NCBI GenBank assembly: GCA_048571215.1
Contig: CP182352.1
Span: forward strand, 2,656,001 to 2,720,000
From: Halarcobacter sp.
GTDB lineage: Bacteria > Campylobacterota > Campylobacteria > Campylobacterales > Arcobacteraceae
DNA: 64,000 bases
Reading direction: 5' to 3'
The stretch's first letter is position 1, and each line of letters begins with the position of its first letter. The notes beneath the pieces were generated by a model that had not been told where the DNA came from, ran no database searches, and saw nothing but the letters and a program-made list of their open reading frames with translations. Both the position numbers and the translations under genes were made by a program. Of the stretch, positions 49,813 to 59,615 are shown in pieces.

Positions 49813-51915
49813 ATGAATTTCAAAAGAATCTTAAAATATATTGCACTTGTCCTAATTTTATTTGTTCCCACTTTTTTTACAATAGACTATGTTTTAAGTT
49901 CAAAAATCGATTCTTTGAGAAATAATAAATATACAGCTGTTTCTAAAAACTTAAAAAATCTTACTCACCAACTTATTGATGTAAAAAGTTATGCAACACT
50001 CAATATTGCAATTGCTTTATCTGAAAATAATTCATATAAAAAATTCCTTTTAGGTGATAAAACAGAAGTTTTAAACCTAAAAGAGATCTCACTAAAAACC
50101 AAAAACAATAGTAACTTTAAAAATATTTGGATTCACCTTGTAGATGCAAATGGAATAAGCCAATATAGAAGCTGGACAAAAAAAAGGGGAGATTCTCTTT
50201 TAAAGGTAAGAAAGGAGTTGATTCCTTTACTTAAAAAACCAAAAATCACTTCTGTAATAAGTGTTGGTATTTTTGATCTAACATTTAAAAGTATTGTTCC
50301 TATTTACAATCAAGATAAGTTTTTAGGTTTTATTGAAGTGATTACAAAAATTAATTCTATTGCTAGAAAACTTAAAGAGGATGGGATAGATTTAGTTGTC
50401 TTAGTTGACAAAAAATATAAACAACAGATAAAAAAACCATTTACAAAACTCTTTATTGATAATTATTATGTGGCAAATACAAATACAAGATCTGACTTAA
50501 GAGATATCGTCAAAAAAGATATAGATAAATTTATATCTAAAAAAGAGTACCATATTATAAATGATAAGTATTTTACTACAACCTTATTTTTAAATGATTT
50601 CAACAACAAAGAGATGGCTTATATAATTATATTTAAAGATTATAAATCTTTATATTTGGATGGCATAAATGATTTTGAACAATTTATTAAAATTATTGGT
50701 ATCTTAATTACAATAACTATAATAGCTTTATTTAGTACCTATTACTATTTTAATAAATCAAAATATACAAGAAAATTGGAAGAAAAAGTAAAACAAAGAA
50801 CTAAAGAATTAGATATCTCCATCAAAAAATATAAACAAATATTTGAAGGTTCAAAGGCTATAAAAATATTAGTAGATCCTGATACACTTGAAATTTTTGA
50901 TGCAAATAAAGCAGCCTTAGAGTTTTATGGTTACACAAAAGAACAAATGAAAAAACTAAAATCTACTGATATAAATATTTCAATAAACAAAGATAGTAAA
51001 GTTTTCTGCCAAATTTTAAATAATGAAAAAAATATTTTTATATTTAAACATAAATTATCAAATAAACAGATCAAAGATGTAGAGGTTTACTCTTCTGCAA
51101 TTGATATAAACAATAAAAAGTATATTTATTCTATAATTAGAGATATAACAGAGAGCCTAAAAATAAAAAAAGATTATGAAGATAAACAAAAGTTATTTTA
51201 CCAACAAGCAAAAATGGCTTCTATGGGAGAGATGCTTGAAAATATTGCCCACCAATGGAGACAGCCATTATCTACTATAACAACAGCTAGTTCTGGGATT
51301 AAAATAAAAAAAGAGTTTGACTCTTTAGATGATGTATTTTTTAATGATTCCTTAGACATTATTCTAAAATCTGCAAATTTTTTATCACAAACAATAGAAG
51401 ATTTTAGAAACTTTTTTAAACATAGTGAGATTATTGAAGAATTTAGTACTATTGATGTTTTAGAAGATAGTTTAAATATTTTAAAACTAAAACTTCAATC
51501 TAATAATATCAAAGTAGATATACAAAATAAAACTCAAGAAAAACTACAAGGTTATAAAAATGAACTTATTCAAGTATTTCTAAATATTCTAAATAATAGT
51601 GTAGATGCCTTTAAAACAAGCGATGTAGAAAACAAATTGATTCAAATAATAATATATACAAAAAACAATTATATTTGTATTGATATTCAAGACAATGCAA
51701 GTGGAATTGATGAAGAAATTATTGAAAAAATATTTGAACCATATTTCACAACAAAACACAAATCTCAGGGGACAGGGATTGGCTTATATATGAGTGAACA
51801 AATTATTGAAAAGCATTTTGATGGCAAAATAATTGTAAAAAACTCTAATTTTCAATGTAACTCTAAAGAGTTTTATGGAGCTAATTTTAAAATCTTACTC
51901 CCTTTAAATGTCTAA
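49813..51915 (+). CDS. Sensor histidine kinase (Cache-like periplasmic domain, PAS, HisKA, HATPase)
   Basis: Two TMs, PAS ANKAALEFYGY, H-box IAHQWRQPL, N-box NILNNS, GTGIGLY. Confidence 0.94.
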   Translation: MNFKRILKYIALVLILFVPTFFTIDYVLSSKIDSLRNNKYTAVSKNLKNLTHQLIDVKSYATLNIAIALSENNSYKKFLLGDKTEVLNLKEISLKTKNNSNFKNIWIHLVDANGISQYRSWTKKRGDSLLKVRKELIPLLKKPKITSVISVGIFDLTFKSIVPIYNQDKFLGFIEVITKINSIARKLKEDGIDLVVLVDKKYKQQIKKPFTKLFIDNYYVANTNTRSDLRDIVKKDIDKFISKKEYHIINDKYFTTTLFLNDFNNKEMAYIIIFKDYKSLYLDGINDFEQFIKIIGILITITIIALFSTYYYFNKSKYTRKLEEKVKQRTKELDISIKKYKQIFEGSKAIKILVDPDTLEIFDANKAALEFYGYTKEQMKKLKSTDINISINKDSKVFCQILNNEKNIFIFKHKLSNKQIKDVEVYSSAIDINNKKYIYSIIRDITESLKIKKDYEDKQKLFYQQAKMASMGEMLENIAHQWRQPLSTITTASSGIKIKKEFDSLDDVFFNDSLDIILKSANFLSQTIEDFRNFFKHSEIIEEFSTIDVLEDSLNILKLKLQSNNIKVDIQNKTQEKLQGYKNELIQVFLNILNNSVDAFKTSDVENKLIQIIIYTKNNYICIDIQDNASGIDEEIIEKIFEPYFTTKHKSQGTGIGLYMSEQIIEKHFDGKIIVKNSNFQCNSKEFYGANFKILLPLNV

Positions 51916-51917
51916 AA

Positions 51918-53393
51918 TTAAATATGCGTTTTTCTAATAACCTTATTTCTACCATTCTTTTTAGCTTCATACAATAATAAATCAGCATTATGTAGTATTC
52001 CATCTATTGTTTGATTGCTATTTTCTTTAAATGCAACTCCAACTGAAATTGTAAAATTAATGCTATTATCATCAACTTTAATAGTTGTTTGGGAACATTT
52101 TTTTCGTATTTGTTCAGCAAATTCATAAACAAAATCACTATCTTTGTCATATATTGTTATACAAAACTCCTCCCCACCTATTCTTCCAAAGACCATCTCT
52201 TCAGTAATAAAAGCATTTACAGTTTCTGCAAATTTTATTAAAACCTTATCCCCTACTGCATGGCTATACATATCATTTATTTTTTTAAAATGGTCTATAT
52301 CTATAATTATTATTGCAAACTTTGAATAACTCTTATTTGATTCTTTTAAAAGATAAATACTTTTTGAAAAAAAGCTTGCTCTATTTTTTATATTGGTTAA
52401 AGAATCAATATTTGCTAATTTAAATAAAGCTCTATTTTTAGTTTTTAGAGTTTTATATGCTTTATTTAATTGTCTAGTTCTTTTTATAATTTTTCTATTT
52501 AAACTTCTATTCTGATTTATTATCAATTTTTGATTTTGATAAACTACAATAAAAATAAGCAAAAATATAAAGCTACCTATTATATTAAATAAAGTAATTG
52601 CACTTTTCCCTTTACTTACAATAAAATCTTTATTTGAAGCTTGAATAGTAAATAAAAACTTTTTATTGGAATCATATATACCAATATAGTTTATAATCTT
52701 ATCTGATAAAATCTCATAAGATATCAAAATGTCAGTTAATTCTTGCAAAGGAGTTTTGATAATATTATTTTTTATTATCTTATTATTATTTATTTTAATT
52801 GTATTAAATAAAGTATTATGTTCTAAAAATAAATTCTCTTGGTTTAGAAACTTTATTGATATTAAATAACCATTTATATCACTTTTTGCATCACTTTTCA
52901 TAATAGGATGTTTAACTAGATAAAAAGCTTGTTTTTTATATTTGAAGATGGTACTTATTTTTTTATTATTTTCAAATCTTTTTATAATAAATTTTTCAAA
53001 CTCTTTTTTATTTTCAAAATGGGACAAGCTATTATATGTAGAAAAAACTACACTATTCTTCAGGTTTATAAATATAAGTGCATCTATTTGTAAATCCTCT
53101 AAGGTATTACTTCCATCCCTAAAGTTTTCATAAAGATACTCGCTGTTAGCATCTTTTATAAACTTATATGTATCATCCCAAACACTATAGTCTTTTGTTA
53201 TATTATTAAGATTAATTAAGGTTTTATCTAAACTCTTAAGAAATGTGCTAATATTATTTTTATTTAATTTTTCCTCAAGATTTATAAAATCACTTATAAA
53301 AAACCTATAACTTAGAAAGGTAAATAGTATAATTGATAAAATATAAACTACCATAAAAAATAGTAGATTAACTCTTAAGCTATTGAGTTTCAT
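51918..53393 (-). CDS. CHASE4-domain membrane diguanylate cyclase
   Basis: DYSVWDDTY CHASE4 motif; DSLT...NR, DIDHFKKIND, RIGGEEF. Confidence 0.93.
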   Translation of the reverse strand: MKLNSLRVNLLFFMVVYILSIILFTFLSYRFFISDFINLEEKLNKNNISTFLKSLDKTLINLNNITKDYSVWDDTYKFIKDANSEYLYENFRDGSNTLEDLQIDALIFINLKNSVVFSTYNSLSHFENKKEFEKFIIKRFENNKKISTIFKYKKQAFYLVKHPIMKSDAKSDINGYLISIKFLNQENLFLEHNTLFNTIKINNNKIIKNNIIKTPLQELTDILISYEILSDKIINYIGIYDSNKKFLFTIQASNKDFIVSKGKSAITLFNIIGSFIFLLIFIVVYQNQKLIINQNRSLNRKIIKRTRQLNKAYKTLKTKNRALFKLANIDSLTNIKNRASFFSKSIYLLKESNKSYSKFAIIIIDIDHFKKINDMYSHAVGDKVLIKFAETVNAFITEEMVFGRIGGEEFCITIYDKDSDFVYEFAEQIRKKCSQTTIKVDDNSINFTISVGVAFKENSNQTIDGILHNADLLLYEAKKNGRNKVIRKTHI

Positions 53394-53494
53394 AAAAATA
53401 TAGACCTACTTATTCGAATTTATATATTGTAGCAGTTTTTTAAAATTTTTTCATTAAGATTAAAATTATATTAAGATTATTATATTTATGTAAT

Positions 53495-54496
53495 TTAAAC
53501 CTTTAAATTTCTATTTGCAATATTTTCTATTAATACAGTTGCATAAGAGCCCTTAGGTAAAGAGAATTTTAATTTACATTTTTTACTATTTTTATCATAA
53601 TTTACATCTATATCTTTTGGATAAACTAAAGCATCTCGTCTAAACCCTTTTTCTTGTATATATGTATCATCATATTTTTTTTCGATTTCTCTTGCTTCAT
53701 ACATACTTCTAAATGCTTTTCTACCAGGAAGTAATCCTGTGGGTACTATTTTTTTATCTATAAAATCTTTTTCCATCTGTTGTGTTAAATTTTTTGGTGT
53801 AAAATATTTATCAGTTGAATAAACTTTAAATACATCTCCATTTAAAATATTAAAAGACTGCTTTGATAAATTTAGTCTTTCAACTAACCATTTATTAAAA
53901 AAATCACTTTGATATTGAGATATCAACATCTTTGAAACTTTTTTATCTTTGATAATCAAATCTTCATAGATATATTTTCTAGCCTTTTCTAGATTTTCTT
54001 TTCCATCATATCCAAATCTTTGAAAACCAAAATAGTTTGGCATCCCAATTTTTTCTATTTGTGATAATATTTTCTCTATTTTACCAACATCTTCAAAATT
54101 TACATCATGTAAATTTATCTCAAATCTATTTCCCTTTAGATCACCTATATTAAGTTTAGCTCCATGTAAAGTAGTATCAAGAATCTCTATTTTATTATGT
54201 TTAAAATTTTTTAAATCTTTTGAATATTTCTTTGGGATAGAGATATATTGTGTTGTTGTCGCATTTTTATCTTTTAATCCAGCATATCCTAACTCATTTT
54301 CATATATTCGTAAACCTTTAGAAAGTTTTTCTAATAAATCCCAAGTTCCAAGACCTTTTTTCCTAATCTTTGCAATTATGAAGTTTCCACGACCTGCAAA
54401 CTTTAATGGTAATTCTTCAACTATAAAATCATCAATATTTTGATAAAACTTAAAGTTTAAAGTTTTATGTTTTTGTAAAAATTCTCTTTTTATCAT
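53495..54496 (-). CDS. truD: tRNA pseudouridine(13) synthase
   Basis: DFIVEE, YAGLKDK.A.T.Q, GNRF, PNYFGFQRFG, LPKGSYAT. Confidence 0.96.
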   Translation of the reverse strand: MIKREFLQKHKTLNFKFYQNIDDFIVEELPLKFAGRGNFIIAKIRKKGLGTWDLLEKLSKGLRIYENELGYAGLKDKNATTTQYISIPKKYSKDLKNFKHNKIEILDTTLHGAKLNIGDLKGNRFEINLHDVNFEDVGKIEKILSQIEKIGMPNYFGFQRFGYDGKENLEKARKYIYEDLIIKDKKVSKMLISQYQSDFFNKWLVERLNLSKQSFNILNGDVFKVYSTDKYFTPKNLTQQMEKDFIDKKIVPTGLLPGRKAFRSMYEAREIEKKYDDTYIQEKGFRRDALVYPKDIDVNYDKNSKKCKLKFSLPKGSYATVLIENIANRNLKV

Positions 54497-54557
54497 ATAT
54501 ATATCTTTTTTAAATTTTTTGTATTATATAATCTTTTATCACTTAAAAGGCTTTATC

Positions 54558-54905
54558 ATGAATATGGAAAAAATACAAGATATTATAAAAGAGTTCTCAA
54601 CCCAAAGGGATTGGGAGAAGTTCCACAACCCCAAAAATCTAGCAATGGCACTAAGCGTCGAAAGCTCTGAGCTTTTAGAGATTTTTCAATGGCTTACTTT
54701 AGAACAATCTGCAAATTTACAAGGGGAGAAAAAAGAGCATGCAAAACAAGAAATAGCTGATATTGCAGTTTATCTAATCCGTATATGTATGCATTTTGAT
54801 ATAGATTTAGAAGAAGCAATTGTAGAAAAAATGAAACTAAATGAAAAAAAATATCCCTTATTTGATGAAGATGGAATAAAAATAGAGTATGGAAAAAAGA
54901 AATAA
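54558..54905 (+). CDS. MazG-like all-alpha nucleotide pyrophosphohydrolase (DCTPP1/RS21-C6-like)
   Basis: RDWEKFHNPKNLAMALSVE..ELLEIFQW, EIADI, K...NEKKYP; ATG at 54558 with AAAGG RBS. Confidence 0.92.
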   Translation: MNMEKIQDIIKEFSTQRDWEKFHNPKNLAMALSVESSELLEIFQWLTLEQSANLQGEKKEHAKQEIADIAVYLIRICMHFDIDLEEAIVEKMKLNEKKYPLFDEDGIKIEYGKKK

Positions 54906-54906
54906 A

Positions 54907-55404
54907 ATGCAAAAAATATATATTGCAGGTCCTGATGTTTTTGAAAAAGACTCTATAGAGATAGGAAAAGAGTATTGTAAACTTTGTGAAAAGTATGGCT
55001 TCAAAGGTTTATACCCACTTGATAATGTAATTAATTTCAATCAAAACAAACAAAAAATAGCTCAAGATATATTTATAGCAAATAAAAACCTAATCGAAGA
55101 GTGTGATATAGTTATAGCAAATCTAAACTCCTTTAGGGGCAAAGAGAGTGATAGTGGTACAGTATGGGAATGTGGCTATGCACTTGCTTTAGGAAAAAAA
55201 GTTTATGCTTATCTATCAAGAGATGGTAATTATATAGATCAGTTTTCAAAAGATGAAATAGTTTTAGAAAATGGACTTGCCTATGATTTAGATGGTAAAG
55301 CTATTGAAGATTTTGATTACCCTTTAAATCTTATGTTATCTTGTTCAATTGAAAAAATAGTTGTTGGTGATTTTGAAGATGTTTTAAAAACCATCAAATT
55401 ATAA
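54907..55404 (+). CDS. Nucleoside 2-deoxyribosyltransferase / nucleotide N-glycosidase family protein
   Basis: IYIAGPDVF, DSGTVWECGYA (catalytic Glu), NLML; ATG 54907 directly after the mazG-like stop. Confidence 0.9.
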   Translation: MQKIYIAGPDVFEKDSIEIGKEYCKLCEKYGFKGLYPLDNVINFNQNKQKIAQDIFIANKNLIEECDIVIANLNSFRGKESDSGTVWECGYALALGKKVYAYLSRDGNYIDQFSKDEIVLENGLAYDLDGKAIEDFDYPLNLMLSCSIEKIVVGDFEDVLKTIKL

Positions 55405-55846
55405 ATAAAAACATATATATAAATACGCCTAAGAAGGAACTTATAGTCATAGCCATAAAAACTAGTTTCCCAACTCTTTTATGATCAAACTCCCTATTAA
55501 ACTCAAAAAAGTTTCCTTTTTTATACTCTTTATAACTTTTTATAAATAAAAAAATCCAAGCAGCTATTGAAATAATAGCTATAAAAATATGTAAGATTAA
55601 AAAAATAATTATAAAATAAAAAGGTAATGAACTTTCACTAGCATACTTAAACACTCCTCCATCAAGTCTCACCATAACTTCAAAATATACTATAAATAAA
55701 AGTGTTACAGATAGTAGTATACTTTGAGAAATTATATGTTTTTTTATCTGATTTTTTTTAACATAATTTATACTCAATAAAAGTAAAAAGGGCAAACATA
55801 ATATATATATTGTAAATACTGTCATATAAATTGGTATTTCATTCAT
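55394..55846 (-). CDS. DUF420-like membrane protein
   Basis: 4 TMs, KKHIISQ, LILHIFIA, HKRVGK motifs; ATG 55846 overlaps the helicase stop. Confidence 0.75.
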   Translation of the reverse strand: MNEIPIYMTVFTIYILCLPFLLLLSINYVKKNQIKKHIISQSILLSVTLLFIVYFEVMVRLDGGVFKYASESSLPFYFIIIFLILHIFIAIISIAAWIFLFIKSYKEYKKGNFFEFNREFDHKRVGKLVFMAMTISSFLGVFIYMFLFII

Positions 55847-58619
55847 TAAAACTAGCCTTTTTTGTAAACTCTTCAAAAAGTTTATCACTTAATGGTTTTT
55901 GCAGTTTTAGTTGCAAATTTATTGGTTTGTTTCCCTCAAACTTATAGGTATCAACTAAGCCAAGATATATGAATCCTTGAACTTTTTTATCCACATGGGA
56001 AAACTTTCTAACAAAAACATGTAGTTTCACCTTATGTTTTTTATTGTTAATAAGTTTTAAACCATCACCTTTATCTTGGGACATACTTGGCTTACTACTA
56101 TATGTAAAAAGCTCTTTTGATAAAAAAGTATTATCATAATTTGCACCCTTTGCAAACTTATGTTTATCTATAGTTATAAATAAAAAGAAATCATTTTTAA
56201 ACTTTAAAAATCCACTTCCCCTAAAAGAACTATGTATTTTATCCAAATTACATAGCTGTGCAATGTTTAACATATTATATTTTTCATACAACTTTAAAAA
56301 TGGCATACCATAATCTTCATTTGAGAAGTTATCTTCATATTCTAAAAGTGCATAATTTATAGACTCTTCAATAACTTGTTTTTTAAAACTATTTTCTAAT
56401 ATAGTTTCAAACTCTTTTGTACGAACTAAAATACCCTCTTTTAGCTCTACAAGTTTTAAAAATCTTTCTTTTTGTCCACTATCAAAAAACTCTTGATTTA
56501 AATACAAAAAACTATGTTTCAAACTTTGTTTATCTACAACTTTTAAATATTTTCCAAGCAAACTGAAAATCTTCTTTTGATCACAAGAACTATTTGATAA
56601 AAGATATTTTAAGATAACAAACTCATATACTCTTTTTATTGGCAAATGATAATCTATAAATCTAATAGCTTTTATAAAAACTTCATCTTTACATGTTTCT
56701 TTAAAAACCTCATCTTTTTCAACTTTTGCTAAAAACTCTATGTATGATTTTGAATAATTAATAAAATCTATAGGAGTTAATAAATCACTATAATAAAAAT
56801 AATCATCAAGTTTTGGTATAGCTTTTAGTGTTGACTTAAAAGCAAAATATTGCTCTTTTAGATATTTGATTGAATTGAAGTTTTCCTTATCTAATTGTTC
56901 TAAGATTCTATTTTTTGATACCTCATCCATGGATATAAAAGCTTCATTTATATTTGCAAAATTGTTTAATAAAGAGAGTTTCACACTATCTTTATCTATA
57001 GCTTTTCCACCTAAAAGAGCAAGGGCTACTAAAAATGTCTTACTGTGGTTACCTATAAAATCTAGAATTGTTACAAACTCTTTACTTTTGTGCTTTCTTA
57101 GTCCTCTTCCAAGCTGTTGTATAAACACTATAGGTGAATTTGTAGGTCTTAAAAAAAGCACTTGATTTACAGAAGGGATATCAACACCTTCATTGAAAAT
57201 ATCCACACTAAAGATAACTTCTAAATCATTATCTTCATCTTCCAAAGAAGCTATAGTTTCTTCCCTTTTTAAAACAGAATCACTGCTTGTTAGAACTTGA
57301 GATTTGATTGCTCTTTTATTAAACTCTTTGCCCATAAATATTGCATGTTCTTTTGAAACACAAAAACCTAATACTTTTCTTTTTTTACCTGAAAAGCCAT
57401 AAAAATTCATTTTATTGATAATATAATCAACCCTTTGATTTACCATCAAAACTCTTGCTACTAAATCAATTTTAGAGATATCTACATCTTTATAATCAAT
57501 CCCTTCAAAATCACTAATACCATAATAATGGAAAGCAGATATAAGTTTATTTTCTAAAGCTTCACTAAGACTAATATCACAAGCAATATTCTCATCAAAA
57601 AATTCATAAATATTTATATCATCACTTCTATTTGGAGTAGCTGTTAAGCCCAATAAAAACCTAGGTTTAAAGTATTTAATAACATCTAGATAAGTTTTAC
57701 TTGAAATATGATGGGCCTCATCAACTATAATATAATCAAACAAATCTTTTTTGAAACTCTCAAAGTTTGTACTCATGGTTTGAATAGTACTAAAAATATA
57801 CTCTTTATCTAATTCTTTTTTGTTTCCAGTATATAAGCCACAAGTTTTATTTAATATGATTTTTTCAAAACTTTCTTTAGCTTTTATTAAAATATTTTCC
57901 CTATGAACTAAAAACAAAACCCTATTTGCCCTGAAGTTTTTCACATCAAAGGCTGCCAAATAAGTTTTACCTGTCCCTGTAGAGGCTATTGCTAGGGCTT
58001 TTGATTCTTTATTTTTTCTAAAAAAGTTTAATTTATCCAAAGCTTTTTCTTGCATATGGTTTACCTCTATACTTTTATTGAAACTAAAATTTTTTTGTAT
58101 ATTTTTATTTTGGTATTGTTCATATTCATTTAAAAACTGTGAACTTACTTCATTTGAAATATTCCAAAGTTTATCAAACTCAAAAATAATATCTTGTATA
58201 AAAAGCTCATCTTTTTTTGATACTGTTTTTATATTCCATTCAATATTTGTTTTAAAAGCACTTGCAGTTATATTTGAAGAACCCAATAAAACCTTATAAC
58301 AATCATCAAATTCAAAAATATATGTTTTAGAGTGAAAACCCCTATTATTTTCATAACAATCAAAGATTTTCAACTGTAGATTATCAAACTCTTTTAGCCT
58401 CTTTAAAGCCTTAGCTTGGGTAAAATTTAAATATGTTGAGCTTAAGATTTTACCCTTAATACCTCTTTTTTTACAAGATTCTAAACTATCAAGTAATAGT
58501 TGAACTCCTGAATAATTAATAAACGCCACATTAAAGGTAAACCTATTGCAGCTATTTAAAAGTTTTTGTAACTCATTATAAAAGTTTGAAGTGGCATTAT
58601 TTGTAATAAGTTCTTTCAA
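55839..58619 (-). CDS. PLD nuclease-SF2 helicase-DUF3427 protein (SauUSI-like putative type IV restriction enzyme)
   Basis: FHSKTYIF...GSSN PLD motif, Walker A STGTGKT, DEAHH, LTATP, VDIFNEGVDIP, QQLGRGLR; C-terminal FVRK...FIYLG domain. Confidence 0.82.
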   Translation of the reverse strand: MKELITNNATSNFYNELQKLLNSCNRFTFNVAFINYSGVQLLLDSLESCKKRGIKGKILSSTYLNFTQAKALKRLKEFDNLQLKIFDCYENNRGFHSKTYIFEFDDCYKVLLGSSNITASAFKTNIEWNIKTVSKKDELFIQDIIFEFDKLWNISNEVSSQFLNEYEQYQNKNIQKNFSFNKSIEVNHMQEKALDKLNFFRKNKESKALAIASTGTGKTYLAAFDVKNFRANRVLFLVHRENILIKAKESFEKIILNKTCGLYTGNKKELDKEYIFSTIQTMSTNFESFKKDLFDYIIVDEAHHISSKTYLDVIKYFKPRFLLGLTATPNRSDDINIYEFFDENIACDISLSEALENKLISAFHYYGISDFEGIDYKDVDISKIDLVARVLMVNQRVDYIINKMNFYGFSGKKRKVLGFCVSKEHAIFMGKEFNKRAIKSQVLTSSDSVLKREETIASLEDEDNDLEVIFSVDIFNEGVDIPSVNQVLFLRPTNSPIVFIQQLGRGLRKHKSKEFVTILDFIGNHSKTFLVALALLGGKAIDKDSVKLSLLNNFANINEAFISMDEVSKNRILEQLDKENFNSIKYLKEQYFAFKSTLKAIPKLDDYFYYSDLLTPIDFINYSKSYIEFLAKVEKDEVFKETCKDEVFIKAIRFIDYHLPIKRVYEFVILKYLLSNSSCDQKKIFSLLGKYLKVVDKQSLKHSFLYLNQEFFDSGQKERFLKLVELKEGILVRTKEFETILENSFKKQVIEESINYALLEYEDNFSNEDYGMPFLKLYEKYNMLNIAQLCNLDKIHSSFRGSGFLKFKNDFFLFITIDKHKFAKGANYDNTFLSKELFTYSSKPSMSQDKGDGLKLINNKKHKVKLHVFVRKFSHVDKKVQGFIYLGLVDTYKFEGNKPINLQLKLQKPLSDKLFEEFTKKASFNE

Positions 58620-58627
58620 TAAAACTC

Positions 58628-59605
58628 CTACAATTTATCCATTGCATATCTTGCAGTACCAAGTAATGCTGTTTTGTCATTTAGTGCAACTTTTATCTTC
58701 ATCCCACGCATCAACTCTTCAAACCTACCCTTTGAAAAAAATGTATTTATAAAAACCTCATTTTCTAAAAATGGTAATATTTTTGGAGCAATTCCTCCAC
58801 CTATCAAAACTCCTCCAACAGACATAGACTTTAAAGCTAAATTTCCAGCTTCAGCGGCATAAATCTCACAAAATAGTTTCATAGTCTCTTTGCACAGTTT
58901 ATCATCAAACTCTAAAGCACCTTTACTTATCATTGCACTTTTATCACTATGCTTATTTAAGTTTGACATAAAATTAGCTTGTAAAGCAAAATTACTATCC
59001 ACTAAAAAATCATAAATAGTAGATATTCCCATCCCAGAAACAATCCTCTCTACACTAACATGACCTTTAAACCTATCTCTTGCCCATTTTAAGAGTTCAT
59101 CTTGTTGTGCAGTTAATGGAGCAAAATCACTATGACCACCCTCTGTTGCTATAGGAAAGTAATCTTTACCATCAAAATATAAAATCGCTTCACCAAGACC
59201 AGTTCCCGCTGCTATTACTGCTATATTTCCTTTTGTATCTCTTCCATATTCATTTAGATTTACAAACTCTTTCTCTTCTAAATATAACATTCCATAAGCT
59301 GTTGCTTCTAAATCATTTAAAAGTCTTACATTTTTTATGTTTAGTTGTTCTTGTAAATCACTTTGTTTTATATCCCAAGGGAGATTTGTTGTTTTACATC
59401 TTTGTTCTATTATGGGTCCAGCTATACCAAAACATGCTTTTTTTATCTTATATTCTTTATGTTTGGATAAAAATTGATTTATTAGTTTTTCAAAGCTACT
59501 AAAATCTTTACTTTTAAACTCTTCTAGTAAAACTACTTTAAGATTTTTTTCATCATATATTGCCAAATTTGTTTTTGTACCACCAATATCACCAGCTAAA
59601 ATCAT
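58628..59605 (-). CDS. glk: Glucokinase
   Basis: LAGDIGGTKT, LLNDLEA, AGTGLG, EGGH, SVER.VSG, GGIAPKI; ATG 59605 with AAGGA RBS. Confidence 0.94.
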   Translation of the reverse strand: MILAGDIGGTKTNLAIYDEKNLKVVLLEEFKSKDFSSFEKLINQFLSKHKEYKIKKACFGIAGPIIEQRCKTTNLPWDIKQSDLQEQLNIKNVRLLNDLEATAYGMLYLEEKEFVNLNEYGRDTKGNIAVIAAGTGLGEAILYFDGKDYFPIATEGGHSDFAPLTAQQDELLKWARDRFKGHVSVERIVSGMGISTIYDFLVDSNFALQANFMSNLNKHSDKSAMISKGALEFDDKLCKETMKLFCEIYAAEAGNLALKSMSVGGVLIGGGIAPKILPFLENEVFINTFFSKGRFEELMRGMKIKVALNDKTALLGTARYAMDKL

Positions 59606-59615
59606 ATTTTTTCCT

